A stretch of DNA of 35,465 nt from a virus: UHGV virus genome UHGV-1465456. The stretch is one strand, 5' to 3'. Position 1 is the stretch's first letter; each line of letters starts with the position of its first letter. Below the pieces are notes generated by a model. It made no database searches and was not told where the DNA came from. It was given only the letters and a program-made list of their open reading frames with translations. Of this stretch, positions 28,380 to 35,465 are shown piece by piece. The translations under genes were made by a program, and so were the position numbers.

Positions 28380-28602
28380 ACTGTCCTTTCCTCACGAACT
28401 CCGCAGCATCCCTCAGCAATCCCTTGTGAATAACATTACCCACCGCCCTCCTCTTGGTCTCCAAGCTATCCACAATCGCATCCCTATTAATCACCACCCC
28501 GCCGATAATCAACTCAACAACCGCGCCGCCAATCTCGCCAGCGATGAAAGCTGCGCGGTCTTCCAGCAGTTCATCCCTACCCATATCCATTCCCAGCCCC
28601 AT
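28378..28602 (-). CDS. possible small hydrophobic protein (74 aa) antisense between terminator and oL; doubtful
   Basis: ORF with plausible composition and hydrophobic segment, but strong strand compositional skew and an overlapping plus-strand ORF make the call uncertain. Confidence 0.25.
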   Translation of the reverse strand: MGLGMDMGRDELLEDRAAFIAGEIGGAVVELIIGGVVINRDAIVDSLETKRRAVGNVIHKGLLRDAAEFVRKGQ

Positions 28603-28669
28603 AACAATGCCCTCTTTGATGTTTTTCTGAGCATATCACGTTTTTTTGAAATTATTTACCCCACTAAAA

Positions 28670-28745
28670 ACATACACATATCGTGTGATAAATAAATTAT
28701 ACACATATCGTGATTGACATTTAAATCACAATGCGTGAATATTGC
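28670..28745. promoter_or_regulatory. oL/pL region: operator-like inverted repeats and pL (-35 TTGACA 28714-28719, -10 near 28737-28742)
   Basis: CAC-N5-GTG type sites at 28675-28687, 28702-28712, 28726-28738; downstream transcript start resembles lambda pL leader (ATCAGCAGGACGCAC). Confidence 0.6.
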
Positions 28746-28782
28746 TCCATCAGCAGGACGCACTACTCACCAGGACGGTGAA

Positions 28783-28812
28783 GCTCTTAAAAATCTGGCG
28801 CTGAAAAAGCGC
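28783..28812 (+). promoter_or_regulatory. nutL: boxA-like GCTCTTAAAAA and boxB-like hairpin GCGCTGAAAAAGCGC
   Basis: Motifs read in pL leader upstream of N, matching the lambda nut arrangement. Confidence 0.65.
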
Positions 28813-29080
28813 AGCATTCAAAGCAGAAGGCTTTGGGGTGTGGTGAAGCCAGCTAGTCACTGGCAAGTGCTTACCTACTGTTGAGCGGTGAAGAGCTCCC
28901 AACGCTAGCAATAGCGTGGACGAGATGGGGAGCCGCGGGCGATAAGGCCGCCATAACGCGCACGTTGTCGCATGGAAAAATCGCTGGGGTGCCGGTTATA
29001 CCCCTCCGAATGAGACTCAACAAGCTGGAGCTAGACTACCAGCCACCACACCACCAAAGCTAACTGACAGGAGAATCCAG

Positions 29081-29407
29081 ATGGATGCACAAACACGCCG
29101 CCGCGAACGTCGCGCAGAGAAACAGGCTCAATGGAAATCAGCAAATCCCCTGTTGGTTGGGGTAAGCGCAAAACCAGTTAACCGCCCTATTCTCTCGCTG
29201 AATCGCAAACCGAAATCACGAGTAGAAAGCGCACTGAATCCGATAGACCTTACGGTACTGGCTGAATACCACGAACAGATTGAAAGCAACCTGCAACGTA
29301 TTGAGCGCAAGAATCAGCGCACATGGTACAGCAAGCCACGCAGTGAAATGGGTGTGACTTGTGTTGGTCGCCAGAAAATGAAATTAGGCAGCAAACCACT
29401 TATTTGA
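29081..29407 (+). CDS. N: antitermination protein N
   Basis: Near-identity to recalled lambda N (MDAQTRRRERRAEKQAQWK...). Confidence 0.9.
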   Translation: MDAQTRRRERRAEKQAQWKSANPLLVGVSAKPVNRPILSLNRKPKSRVESALNPIDLTVLAEYHEQIESNLQRIERKNQRTWYSKPRSEMGVTCVGRQKMKLGSKPLI

Positions 29408-29415
29408 GGTGAGAT

Positions 29416-29859
29416 ATGAGTACTAATGGATGGTATTACCTGCATAAAAATGGTGATCTTATTTATAAGCCATCACCAGATGCAATTATTGATATTCGTG
29501 ATTCTGATTTAGCGGTTTGCTCATGGCCATTAGATGTTAGCAGCCGTAAAACTGCATGGGACATTCTGGTTGAGTCCATGGCTCTTGGTGCCAACAAAGA
29601 GCGCGTTAATGAGCTGGCTAGCAAATGGAATTGCAATGATGATGACGCTGATAAATATGCAGAGGTCGTTGGCGTGACAATCGAGTTAGATGGAAACGCT
29701 TGGTGTGCACACGCTCATAATTTTGTTGATTTACAGGAATCTCCTGCTGGATTCGGCAATACCAAGCTTGAGGCGATGGCTTCTCTTGCTGAGCAACTTG
29801 GTTTATCAGGCGGCCACATGTGGAGAAGTTCATTTTCTGATTTGGTTAAGGCCGCATAG
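29416..29859 (+). CDS. hypothetical protein (147 aa) directly downstream of N
   Basis: ORF with short spacing after N; stop codon lies in loop of a terminator hairpin. Confidence 0.5.
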   Translation: MSTNGWYYLHKNGDLIYKPSPDAIIDIRDSDLAVCSWPLDVSSRKTAWDILVESMALGANKERVNELASKWNCNDDDADKYAEVVGVTIELDGNAWCAHAHNFVDLQESPAGFGNTKLEAMASLAEQLGLSGGHMWRSSFSDLVKAA

Positions 29860-29876
29860 TCGGCCTTTATTTTTGG
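29848..29876 (+). terminator. rho-independent terminator (tL1-like)
   Basis: Hairpin AAGGCCG-CATAGT-CGGCCTT followed by TATTTTT. Confidence 0.6.
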
Positions 29877-29898
29877 CATAAATACACAGAGGTGAATA

Positions 29899-30150
29899 AT
29901 GACAGTAGGAAGAATGAAAAGGCCATGGAATGTTGTTGGCGCTGGATTTAACGATGATGGGGTTTATTTCACGTTTGACGATACAACCATCCATCGAGGT
30001 GATGTGAGATTGATGGAGGCAGCTCCTGATTTGCTCGAAGCTCTGCAAGCGATGCTAAACAAGGCATACAAGCAAAACTGGGATGACCATTATCCTGATG
30101 AAGTATCGAAAGCACTGTCAGCAATCAGCAAAGCCATTGGAGATGAGTAA
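29899..30150 (+). CDS. hypothetical protein (83 aa)
   Basis: ORF with RBS-like GAGG upstream. Confidence 0.45.
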   Translation: MTVGRMKRPWNVVGAGFNDDGVYFTFDDTTIHRGDVRLMEAAPDLLEALQAMLNKAYKQNWDDHYPDEVSKALSAISKAIGDE

Positions 30151-30153
30151 TAT

Positions 30154-30624
30154 ATGACAAAATCATGGAGCGTACCTTTTCCTGAATCAGAAACTGAACA
30201 TGAGGGAATGCCTGTTTTCTGGAGATTCCAGGCGACAGTTGAAGAAGATGGAATCAAAATATTCGCACTTCAATATATAGCTTTTCATCAGACAGAGCAT
30301 TATGCATGGTTGGTTCCTGCGCATTGGATTGTTAATTTTAAACCAGCACCAAATCAGTGGTTACAGGAATGGAAACAAAAGAGAAATAGATATGCAATTA
30401 AGAAAGTAGCAAAAAATGCAGAAAGATCTTTTGCATTCCCAACGAAGAAACTTGCCATTGAAAGTTTATTGCGCCGGAAGAAATACCATTTAATGAGAAT
30501 CAAACAAGATTTGGCTGTTGTATCAACTCTTGTTGATGGGATGAAGAATATTGATACATCAACACCAGATATTGAATATAACTTTGGACACAACCAAGAA
30601 ACAGAAAACTGGGTGTTTTATTAG
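30154..30624 (+). CDS. hypothetical protein (156 aa), AT-rich moron-like gene
   Basis: ORF 4 nt after previous gene; lower GC than neighbours. Confidence 0.5.
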   Translation: MTKSWSVPFPESETEHEGMPVFWRFQATVEEDGIKIFALQYIAFHQTEHYAWLVPAHWIVNFKPAPNQWLQEWKQKRNRYAIKKVAKNAERSFAFPTKKLAIESLLRRKKYHLMRIKQDLAVVSTLVDGMKNIDTSTPDIEYNFGHNQETENWVFY

Positions 30625-30728
30625 TACGAATAAGCACTGTGTATTCATTCCAACGAGTGAATACACGGAGCAATGTCGCTCGTAACTAAACAGGAGCCGA
30701 CTTGTTCTGATTATTGGAAATCTTCTTT

Positions 30729-30752
30729 GCCCTCCGATGTGAGGGATTTTTT
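30729..30752 (+). terminator. rho-independent terminator upstream of cIII-like gene (tL-like)
   Basis: Hairpin CCCTC-CGATGTG-GAGGG followed by ATTTTTT. Confidence 0.6.
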
Positions 30753-30818
30753 ATATTCATACCAATAACGCTTCACTTGAGGCGTTTTCGTTATGCAATC
30801 AAACAGAAGGAGCATCCT

Positions 30819-30989
30819 ATGCAACAGTTCGCTATTGCAGGGGCGGCATCGGTTCGCCCTTTCAACCCGATTTTATCGGTGCAGCATTCACGAAAAAATA
30901 TTTTAACCGGAGCAGACTTTAAACAACCTCGCGTTAAGAGCTTGCTGGATCGTCTTGTTGAGTTTCTGAATCAAAAGGTACAGCCATGA
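30819..30989 (+). CDS. CIII-like small protein (56 aa), start at internal Met of ORF 30714..30989
   Basis: Strong RBS AAGGAG before ATG at 30819; loose resemblance to the CIII central region; lambdoid position. Confidence 0.45.
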   Translation: MQQFAIAGAASVRPFNPILSVQHSRKNILTGADFKQPRVKSLLDRLVEFLNQKVQP

Positions 30990-31150
30990 AAAAACCAACT
31001 TACGAGGAACTGGAAGAAGCCCTGAAAGAGCTTAGAAGAATGGCTTTCGCCCGACGCACTAACTCTCACAACTGCGGCCCATTTCAGTACTCGGATTTAT
31101 GCGAGGACATCATTGAGGTAACTCAACTGATTAAGGTCGTTAAGCAATGA
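30986..31150 (+). CDS. small protein (54 aa), unknown (Kil-like position)
   Basis: Manual translation MKKPTYEELEEALKELRR...; ATGA overlap with upstream stop; below 60-aa cutoff. Confidence 0.4.
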   Translation: MKKPTYEELEEALKELRRMAFARRTNSHNCGPFQYSDLCEDIIEVTQLIKVVKQ

Positions 31151-31231
31151 GCATTACGGATACATGGTCAGACGAAGAATTCATTCGTCAGATGAAAGAA
31201 ATGCTCAATCAGCACAAAGAACAGGAGAAAG

Positions 31232-31543
31232 ATGATGATTCTGACTCTGAATGATAAGCGTGAAATATCGCAAATCATCGCAAGTTTTACTGATGAAGAT
31301 TACGAACGAATCAACAGTGAAGTTGATCGCCTCTGCAAACGTTGCGACCCAATAAGCGAAATGCTTCGCTCATATAAGCCAGATGAACACACTAAGGACG
31401 CTATCGACTGGCTGGAAGATGATGACTGTGACTATCAGGAAAAAGCCGCTGAATGGTTCTGGGATGCAATAACCGAAAGAGTTAAGGCTGAATATGCCTT
31501 CGCAATATTCAAACGCAGACACATTTTTGGAGAAGCAGCATGA
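31232..31543 (+). CDS. hypothetical acidic protein (103 aa) upstream of RecT
   Basis: ORF with ATGA overlap into RecT start. Confidence 0.5.
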   Translation: MMILTLNDKREISQIIASFTDEDYERINSEVDRLCKRCDPISEMLRSYKPDEHTKDAIDWLEDDDCDYQEKAAEWFWDAITERVKAEYAFAIFKRRHIFGEAA

Positions 31544-32451
31544 GCAATATCGTTGAATTCGTTAAACAGCAAGAGCAGTTATTCTGCGGAGCATTGACTG
31601 AACAGACGGTGACATGGGCTAAGGAAAGCCAGTTTGCAATTCAGTATTTCCAAAAAAACGATTACCTGGCTAAAACGGCACTGGCAAATCCAACCAGCGC
31701 ACAGAACGCCATCATCAATGTTGCGGCGATCGGCATCACCTTAAACCCGGCCAGCAAACTGGCTTATCTGGTTCCGCGCGACGGCATGGTTTGCCTTGAT
31801 ATCAGTTATATGGGATTGCTCCATATTGCAATGGAGTCTGGTGTTATCTCATGGGGTCAGGCAAAACTTGTTCATGCTAACGATACCTATGAGTTAAACG
31901 GTCTTGATAAAGCACCAACCCATAAATACAACGCCTTCGGTGATCGTGGTGATATCGTTGGCGTTTACTGCACAGTTAAGACGCCAGCAGGTGATTATCT
32001 AACGGAAGAGATGAGTCTGGCTGAAATTGAGGCTGTAAGGAAAACAAGCAAGGCAGCATTCAGCGATAAAGGACCATGGGTAAATCACTGGAATGAGATG
32101 GCGCGAAAGACGGTCGTAAAGCGTGCAAGCAAGTATTGGCCTAAGGCATCACGTCTTGATAGTGCTATTCACGTACTAAACGAAGAAGAAGGTGTGTGGA
32201 CTGAACCAGTTATGCCGCACAAATCAGAGGAAGATATCCGCGAAGATGAACGGAAACGCCAGCAGGAAATAATGGATAAAGCACAATTTCTTTGTGATGA
32301 AATGGCTCAGGCAGAAAACATGGATGATTTGAAGCGATATTTTGCAGAAGCATATCGCCTGACATCTGGAATGAAATTGCAGCAGAACGTACAAGCCATT
32401 TACATAGAATGCAAAGCGAAACTGGAGGTTGCCAGTGAGCAAACTGTATGA
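31540..32451 (+). CDS. recT: RecT-family single-strand annealing recombinase (303 aa)
   Basis: Recalled RecT-family resemblance; position in pL operon recombination module. Confidence 0.65.
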   Translation: MSNIVEFVKQQEQLFCGALTEQTVTWAKESQFAIQYFQKNDYLAKTALANPTSAQNAIINVAAIGITLNPASKLAYLVPRDGMVCLDISYMGLLHIAMESGVISWGQAKLVHANDTYELNGLDKAPTHKYNAFGDRGDIVGVYCTVKTPAGDYLTEEMSLAEIEAVRKTSKAAFSDKGPWVNHWNEMARKTVVKRASKYWPKASRLDSAIHVLNEEEGVWTEPVMPHKSEEDIREDERKRQQEIMDKAQFLCDEMAQAENMDDLKRYFAEAYRLTSGMKLQQNVQAIYIECKAKLEVASEQTV

Positions 32452-32917
32452 AATAGCCAATGAATACGCAAAGCTGATGGATTCAGATTTAGAGCCAGAG
32501 ATGATTGCTGACACAATAGAAGGCATGGAAGGAGAATTTACCGATAAAATAGAGCAACTTCTTTCCGTCATTAAAAATGAATCTGGTTATGCTGAACGCC
32601 TCAAGGAAGAGGCAAAGTCACTGAATGAGCGAGCCGCAGTAATCCAAAATAAGATTGACAGCATCAAATCATATATAGCGTCATCGCTTGAAATGGTTGG
32701 CAAGAAAAATATTCGAGCAGGTATTCACCAGGTAACAATCCGCAAACCGTCAGAAATTGTAGAAATAATCGACTCAAGCGTCCTTCCTCCTGAATACGTT
32801 GAGTTTGAAACGACAATTAAAGCCGACAAACTGGCAATCAAACACCAACTAAAAGCAGGAATAAATATTCCCGGTGCTCAACTCAAGGTTGGGAAACCTT
32901 CACTTCTTATCAAATAA
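32435..32917 (+). CDS. Gp157-like protein (about 160 aa), GTG start after GGAGG
   Basis: Recalled resemblance to siphovirus Gp157 family often adjacent to recT/erf. Confidence 0.45.
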   Translation: MSKLYEIANEYAKLMDSDLEPEMIADTIEGMEGEFTDKIEQLLSVIKNESGYAERLKEEAKSLNERAAVIQNKIDSIKSYIASSLEMVGKKNIRAGIHQVTIRKPSEIVEIIDSSVLPPEYVEFETTIKADKLAIKHQLKAGINIPGAQLKVGKPSLLIK

Positions 32918-32928
32918 CGGTATCGCCT

Positions 32929-33243
32929 ATGAAAAAGACTCCATGGGAGAAATGGGAAGTCGATTTCTTGCGCGAAGTATCGGCGACAATGCCAGTTGAA
33001 GTTATTGCTGAAAAACTGGAAAGGACTGAAAAAGCAGTTATGGCGAAAGCAACAAGGATTGGCGCTGACATTGTTAGCCGACTTCGTGGAAGACGCTGGA
33101 CAAGAGCCGAAGTATCACTTTTCGGTAAGTTCTCCGCAGAAGAAATAGCAATTGCAACCTGCCGCTCAATTTATTCAGTAAGAGCTATGCGATACAAGCT
33201 AAAAAAACTCGATGAAGAAAGAGCAGGCATACGAATAAATTAA
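32929..33243 (+). CDS. hypothetical protein (104 aa)
   Basis: ORF with RBS-like sequence. Confidence 0.45.
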   Translation: MKKTPWEKWEVDFLREVSATMPVEVIAEKLERTEKAVMAKATRIGADIVSRLRGRRWTRAEVSLFGKFSAEEIAIATCRSIYSVRAMRYKLKKLDEERAGIRIN

Positions 33244-33259
33244 CAAAGAGGAATTTACC

Positions 33260-33427
33260 ATGAGAGGACTTGCATACAATCCCGGCATTCTTCCGGCAGA
33301 AATGATTATTCGCCAACGCGTAAAGCCAATGCCATCGAGAGAGGAATTGCTTAAGAGAAAGAGTTTCGGTTCTGTTAATGACAACAAATATCTGAATGCG
33401 ATGTGGCGCAAAGGAGGCAACCAGTGA
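33260..33427 (+). CDS. small protein (55 aa), unknown
   Basis: Manual translation [17 protein letters not shown]...; RBS AAGAGGA; below 60-aa cutoff. Confidence 0.4.
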   Translation: MRGLAYNPGILPAEMIIRQRVKPMPSREELLKRKSFGSVNDNKYLNAMWRKGGNQ

Positions 33428-34266
33428 GCAAGATTGACTATCAGGTACTGCGTGAGGCAGCAGAGCAGGCAACGAAAGGGAGCTACATCGTAGGGCATAC
33501 ATCGGGCAATCAGCATGGGAATATAACAGGAGTTTTTGTTTGTCAAAAATGGAAAGGAGAACCCGGTGGTGTGATTGCGGAATGTCATGTTAACTGCCTG
33601 GTTGAAACAGATGTTCAGGCTTATGCAAACGCTGAATTTATTGCTGCTTTTAATCCAAATGTTGCGCTGGCACTACTGGATGAACGAGATGCATTAAATG
33701 AACGCCTAGCCGAACTGGAGGCTGATTTAGCAGGGCTGGCCGAAGACCACCAGAAAGCGACTGAGTCAATTAAGCAGGCTGATGCAGCTGTTAAGTTGGC
33801 ACACGAGAAGTTTTCGGCGCTGGCGGCGGAGAATGCGATGTTGAAGCAACGGACACAGCAACTTATCGACATCATTAGTAATACTGACAATGACTACTGC
33901 ATGTGTGGTTCTGCTATGAAAGACCACGTGCACGGCGGATGTGGTTATCCTACTGGCATGTTCGATTATTACTACAACCAGTGGCTGGAGTCAGATAACA
34001 AAACCCCGGCCACCGACGCTTTTTTGGATGAAGTGAAGACTGAAGCACGCAAGGATGGAGCTTACTTTGTGGCGAACAGAATGCTGGCTGCCTGGGAAGC
34101 TGGTTTTATTGATGATACTGCGAAGAACGCCGCGGATATTGCCAGGATGATTATTACCTCTACTGAGTTTATGGCTAATGCGCCGGAAGGCGATTTTGAC
34201 CGCTCATTCTCTGATGGCGTTCTCGAAGATATCGCCGCCCAGCTTCGCAAAGGAGCCTCGCTATGA
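33424..34266 (+). CDS. Ea22-like coiled-coil protein (GTG start after AAAGGAGG; ORF 33403..34266)
   Basis: Motif [26 protein letters not shown] typical of Ead/Ea22-like proteins as recalled. Confidence 0.55.
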   Translation: MSKIDYQVLREAAEQATKGSYIVGHTSGNQHGNITGVFVCQKWKGEPGGVIAECHVNCLVETDVQAYANAEFIAAFNPNVALALLDERDALNERLAELEADLAGLAEDHQKATESIKQADAAVKLAHEKFSALAAENAMLKQRTQQLIDIISNTDNDYCMCGSAMKDHVHGGCGYPTGMFDYYYNQWLESDNKTPATDAFLDEVKTEARKDGAYFVANRMLAAWEAGFIDDTAKNAADIARMIITSTEFMANAPEGDFDRSFSDGVLEDIAAQLRKGASL

Positions 34267-34475
34267 GAAAATATCCGAGAGTTGAAGGTGTCTTGTCTAA
34301 AAAGAAAAACACTTCCGCGAAATGTCGTTGCGGTGCAGTGGCTAAATATAAAACCACGGTGCAGGTAGATATTTTTCGTGGCGATGATGAGGTTTTCTGG
34401 TCATGTGCCGAACACAAAAATGACTGTGTGTTTCTGCTGGATGGCGCAGTCGAGAGCCAAGGAGCAGCCCAATGA
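34263..34475 (+). CDS. small Cys-containing protein (70 aa), unknown
   Basis: ORF with ATGA overlaps on both sides. Confidence 0.45.
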   Translation: MRKYPRVEGVLSKKKNTSAKCRCGAVAKYKTTVQVDIFRGDDEVFWSCAEHKNDCVFLLDGAVESQGAAQ

Positions 34476-34849
34476 CAGCACTCAACAAACAGGCGCTGCG
34501 TGAAATCGCAGCGGCAGCAGTTGGCGCACATGAGCGCCTTAGTGTTATGCCGCCTGATGACATTTTCGATATCTCACTGGCAGAAGGAACTCAGCTTGAT
34601 GCAGATATCACTGCCTTGAACGCGCTGAACTCCGCAGCCAACCCCGCCACCGTGCTGGCGCTGCTGGATGAGTTGGAAACCGCAGAGAAGCGAATCGCTG
34701 AACTGGAAGCGAAGCTCGATAGCGCAGATAAATTGCAAGATAGCGCATTTCGTCATGGTCTTCAGCATGGCTTCAGTTTAGGTCAAACGGATAATCAGGC
34801 TGGATTTGAAGAGTGCTTATCTGCCTATGGCACCGGTAAAGGAGAGTGA
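34472..34849 (+). CDS. Ea22-like coiled-coil protein (125 aa)
   Basis: Motif NPATVLALLDELETAEKRIAELEAKLD. Confidence 0.55.
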   Translation: MTALNKQALREIAAAAVGAHERLSVMPPDDIFDISLAEGTQLDADITALNALNSAANPATVLALLDELETAEKRIAELEAKLDSADKLQDSAFRHGLQHGFSLGQTDNQAGFEECLSAYGTGKGE

Positions 34850-35124
34850 ATGTGAAAAATTATCTCAGCAATTTAGCCAGCATGCTTCAGGGGATTGCAG
34901 GTGTCATTTCAGACGGCGAGCGGGTGCAGAAAGAGTGCCCTGCGCACTTAAAGTCAGCACTACTCGAGGCTTCTCACGCGCTAGATGGTCAATCGGTCAG
35001 GGTCAATTATCCGCCTAATGGAAAGCCTGAAATTGTTAATGCCCGCGGACACCATCGACCGCTTACCTTCCGGGAACGAGTGGCAATCCGCTTACTTGGT
35101 GGCAGGACGGAGATTCGCCCATGA
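34846..35124 (+). CDS. hypothetical protein (92 aa), GTG start
   Basis: ORF overlapping upstream stop and downstream start. Confidence 0.4.
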   Translation: MNVKNYLSNLASMLQGIAGVISDGERVQKECPAHLKSALLEASHALDGQSVRVNYPPNGKPEIVNARGHHRPLTFRERVAIRLLGGRTEIRP

Positions 35125-35465
35125 GCACTATTACCAGAGAACTGGCAAAGCTGTTCAGAAAAATTACGAATTCTGAAATTGATGCGGAGGGTAACGCTCA
35201 TGTTGTTTTATCTCCTGCTGATAGCCTCCTGATTAATAATGCGCGTATCGCGCTGGCATCGCTCGAAGCGGAGCCTGTGGCGTGGGCGCACAGATTAATC
35301 AACAAGCGTAACGGAGTCGTTCACCCTTGGGTTTACGGTAGCGCAGAGGCGTGTCCAAGCGAGGGGGATATCTTCAATATTGAGGTAATGCCGCTCTACA
35401 CCGCCCCGCCAGCGCCGGTATCTGTGCCCGCTGCGATGGAAATTGATGATGACTTTGACAGCGCG
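35121..35465 (+). CDS. hypothetical protein, 5-prime partial (runs off window end)
   Basis: ATG at 35121 with ATGA overlap; manual translation open for 115 codons to window end. Confidence 0.45.
   Translation, partial: MSTITRELAKLFRKITNSEIDAEGNAHVVLSPADSLLINNARIALASLEAEPVAWAHRLINKRNGVVHPWVYGSAEACPSEGDIFNIEVMPLYTAPPAPVSVPAAMEIDDDFDSA

Noticed and set aside
28426-28695. 89-aa plus-strand ORF running into the oL operators
   Set aside because: His/Pro/Asn-rich, implausible as a protein, and overlaps operator sites.
28881-29063. 60-aa ORF between nutL and N
   Set aside because: Falls in the pL leader, which is untranslated in lambda; the sequence here closely follows the lambda leader and there is no convincing RBS.
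30714-30818. N-terminal extension of the cIII-like ORF (MEIFFALRCEGFF...)
   Set aside because: Extension spans a rho-independent terminator hairpin and lacks an RBS; a strong AAGGAG precedes the internal ATG at 30819.
1-35465. Integrase, attachment sites or transposase that would define mobile-element boundaries
   Set aside because: None found inside the window; both prophage ends appear to lie outside it, so no mobile_element feature with boundaries is reported.

Overview
This window reads as one contiguous segment of an enterobacterial lambdoid prophage, with both ends of the prophage (integrase/att side and distal tail genes) outside the window. From 47 to about 26591 the genes are almost all on the minus strand: tail (tape measure, chaperone, tube, DUF3383-type sheath), head (capsid, scaffold, Mu-F-like, portal), terminase, a lysis-terminase accessory cluster (HExxH protein, Rha, HNH-AP2), lambda-type lysis cassette (S, lysozyme, Rz/Rz1), two tRNA genes, Q, nin region (NinH, RusA, YbcO-like, Rha/KilAC, NinB), DnaC-like loader, O with ori iterons, cII, nutR and cro. 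From 26697 the plus strand carries cI, a DinD-like gene in the rex slot, terminator, oL/pL, nutL, N, unknown morons, cIII-like, RecT, Gp157-like and Ea22-like genes. All calls rest on reading the six-frame translations and the DNA by eye, and on recalled similarity to lambda proteins (N, cI C-terminal domain, cII, S, Rz, NinB, NinH, RusA); no database search was run. No CRISPR array, rRNA or transposon was seen. The best candidates for accessory or undescribed functions are the DinD-like gene co-transcribed with cI, a Phd/YefM-like antitoxin-domain gene with a perfect palindromic operator at the left edge, the unknown genes between N and cIII, and the HExxH protein with Rha and HNH between lysis and terminase.
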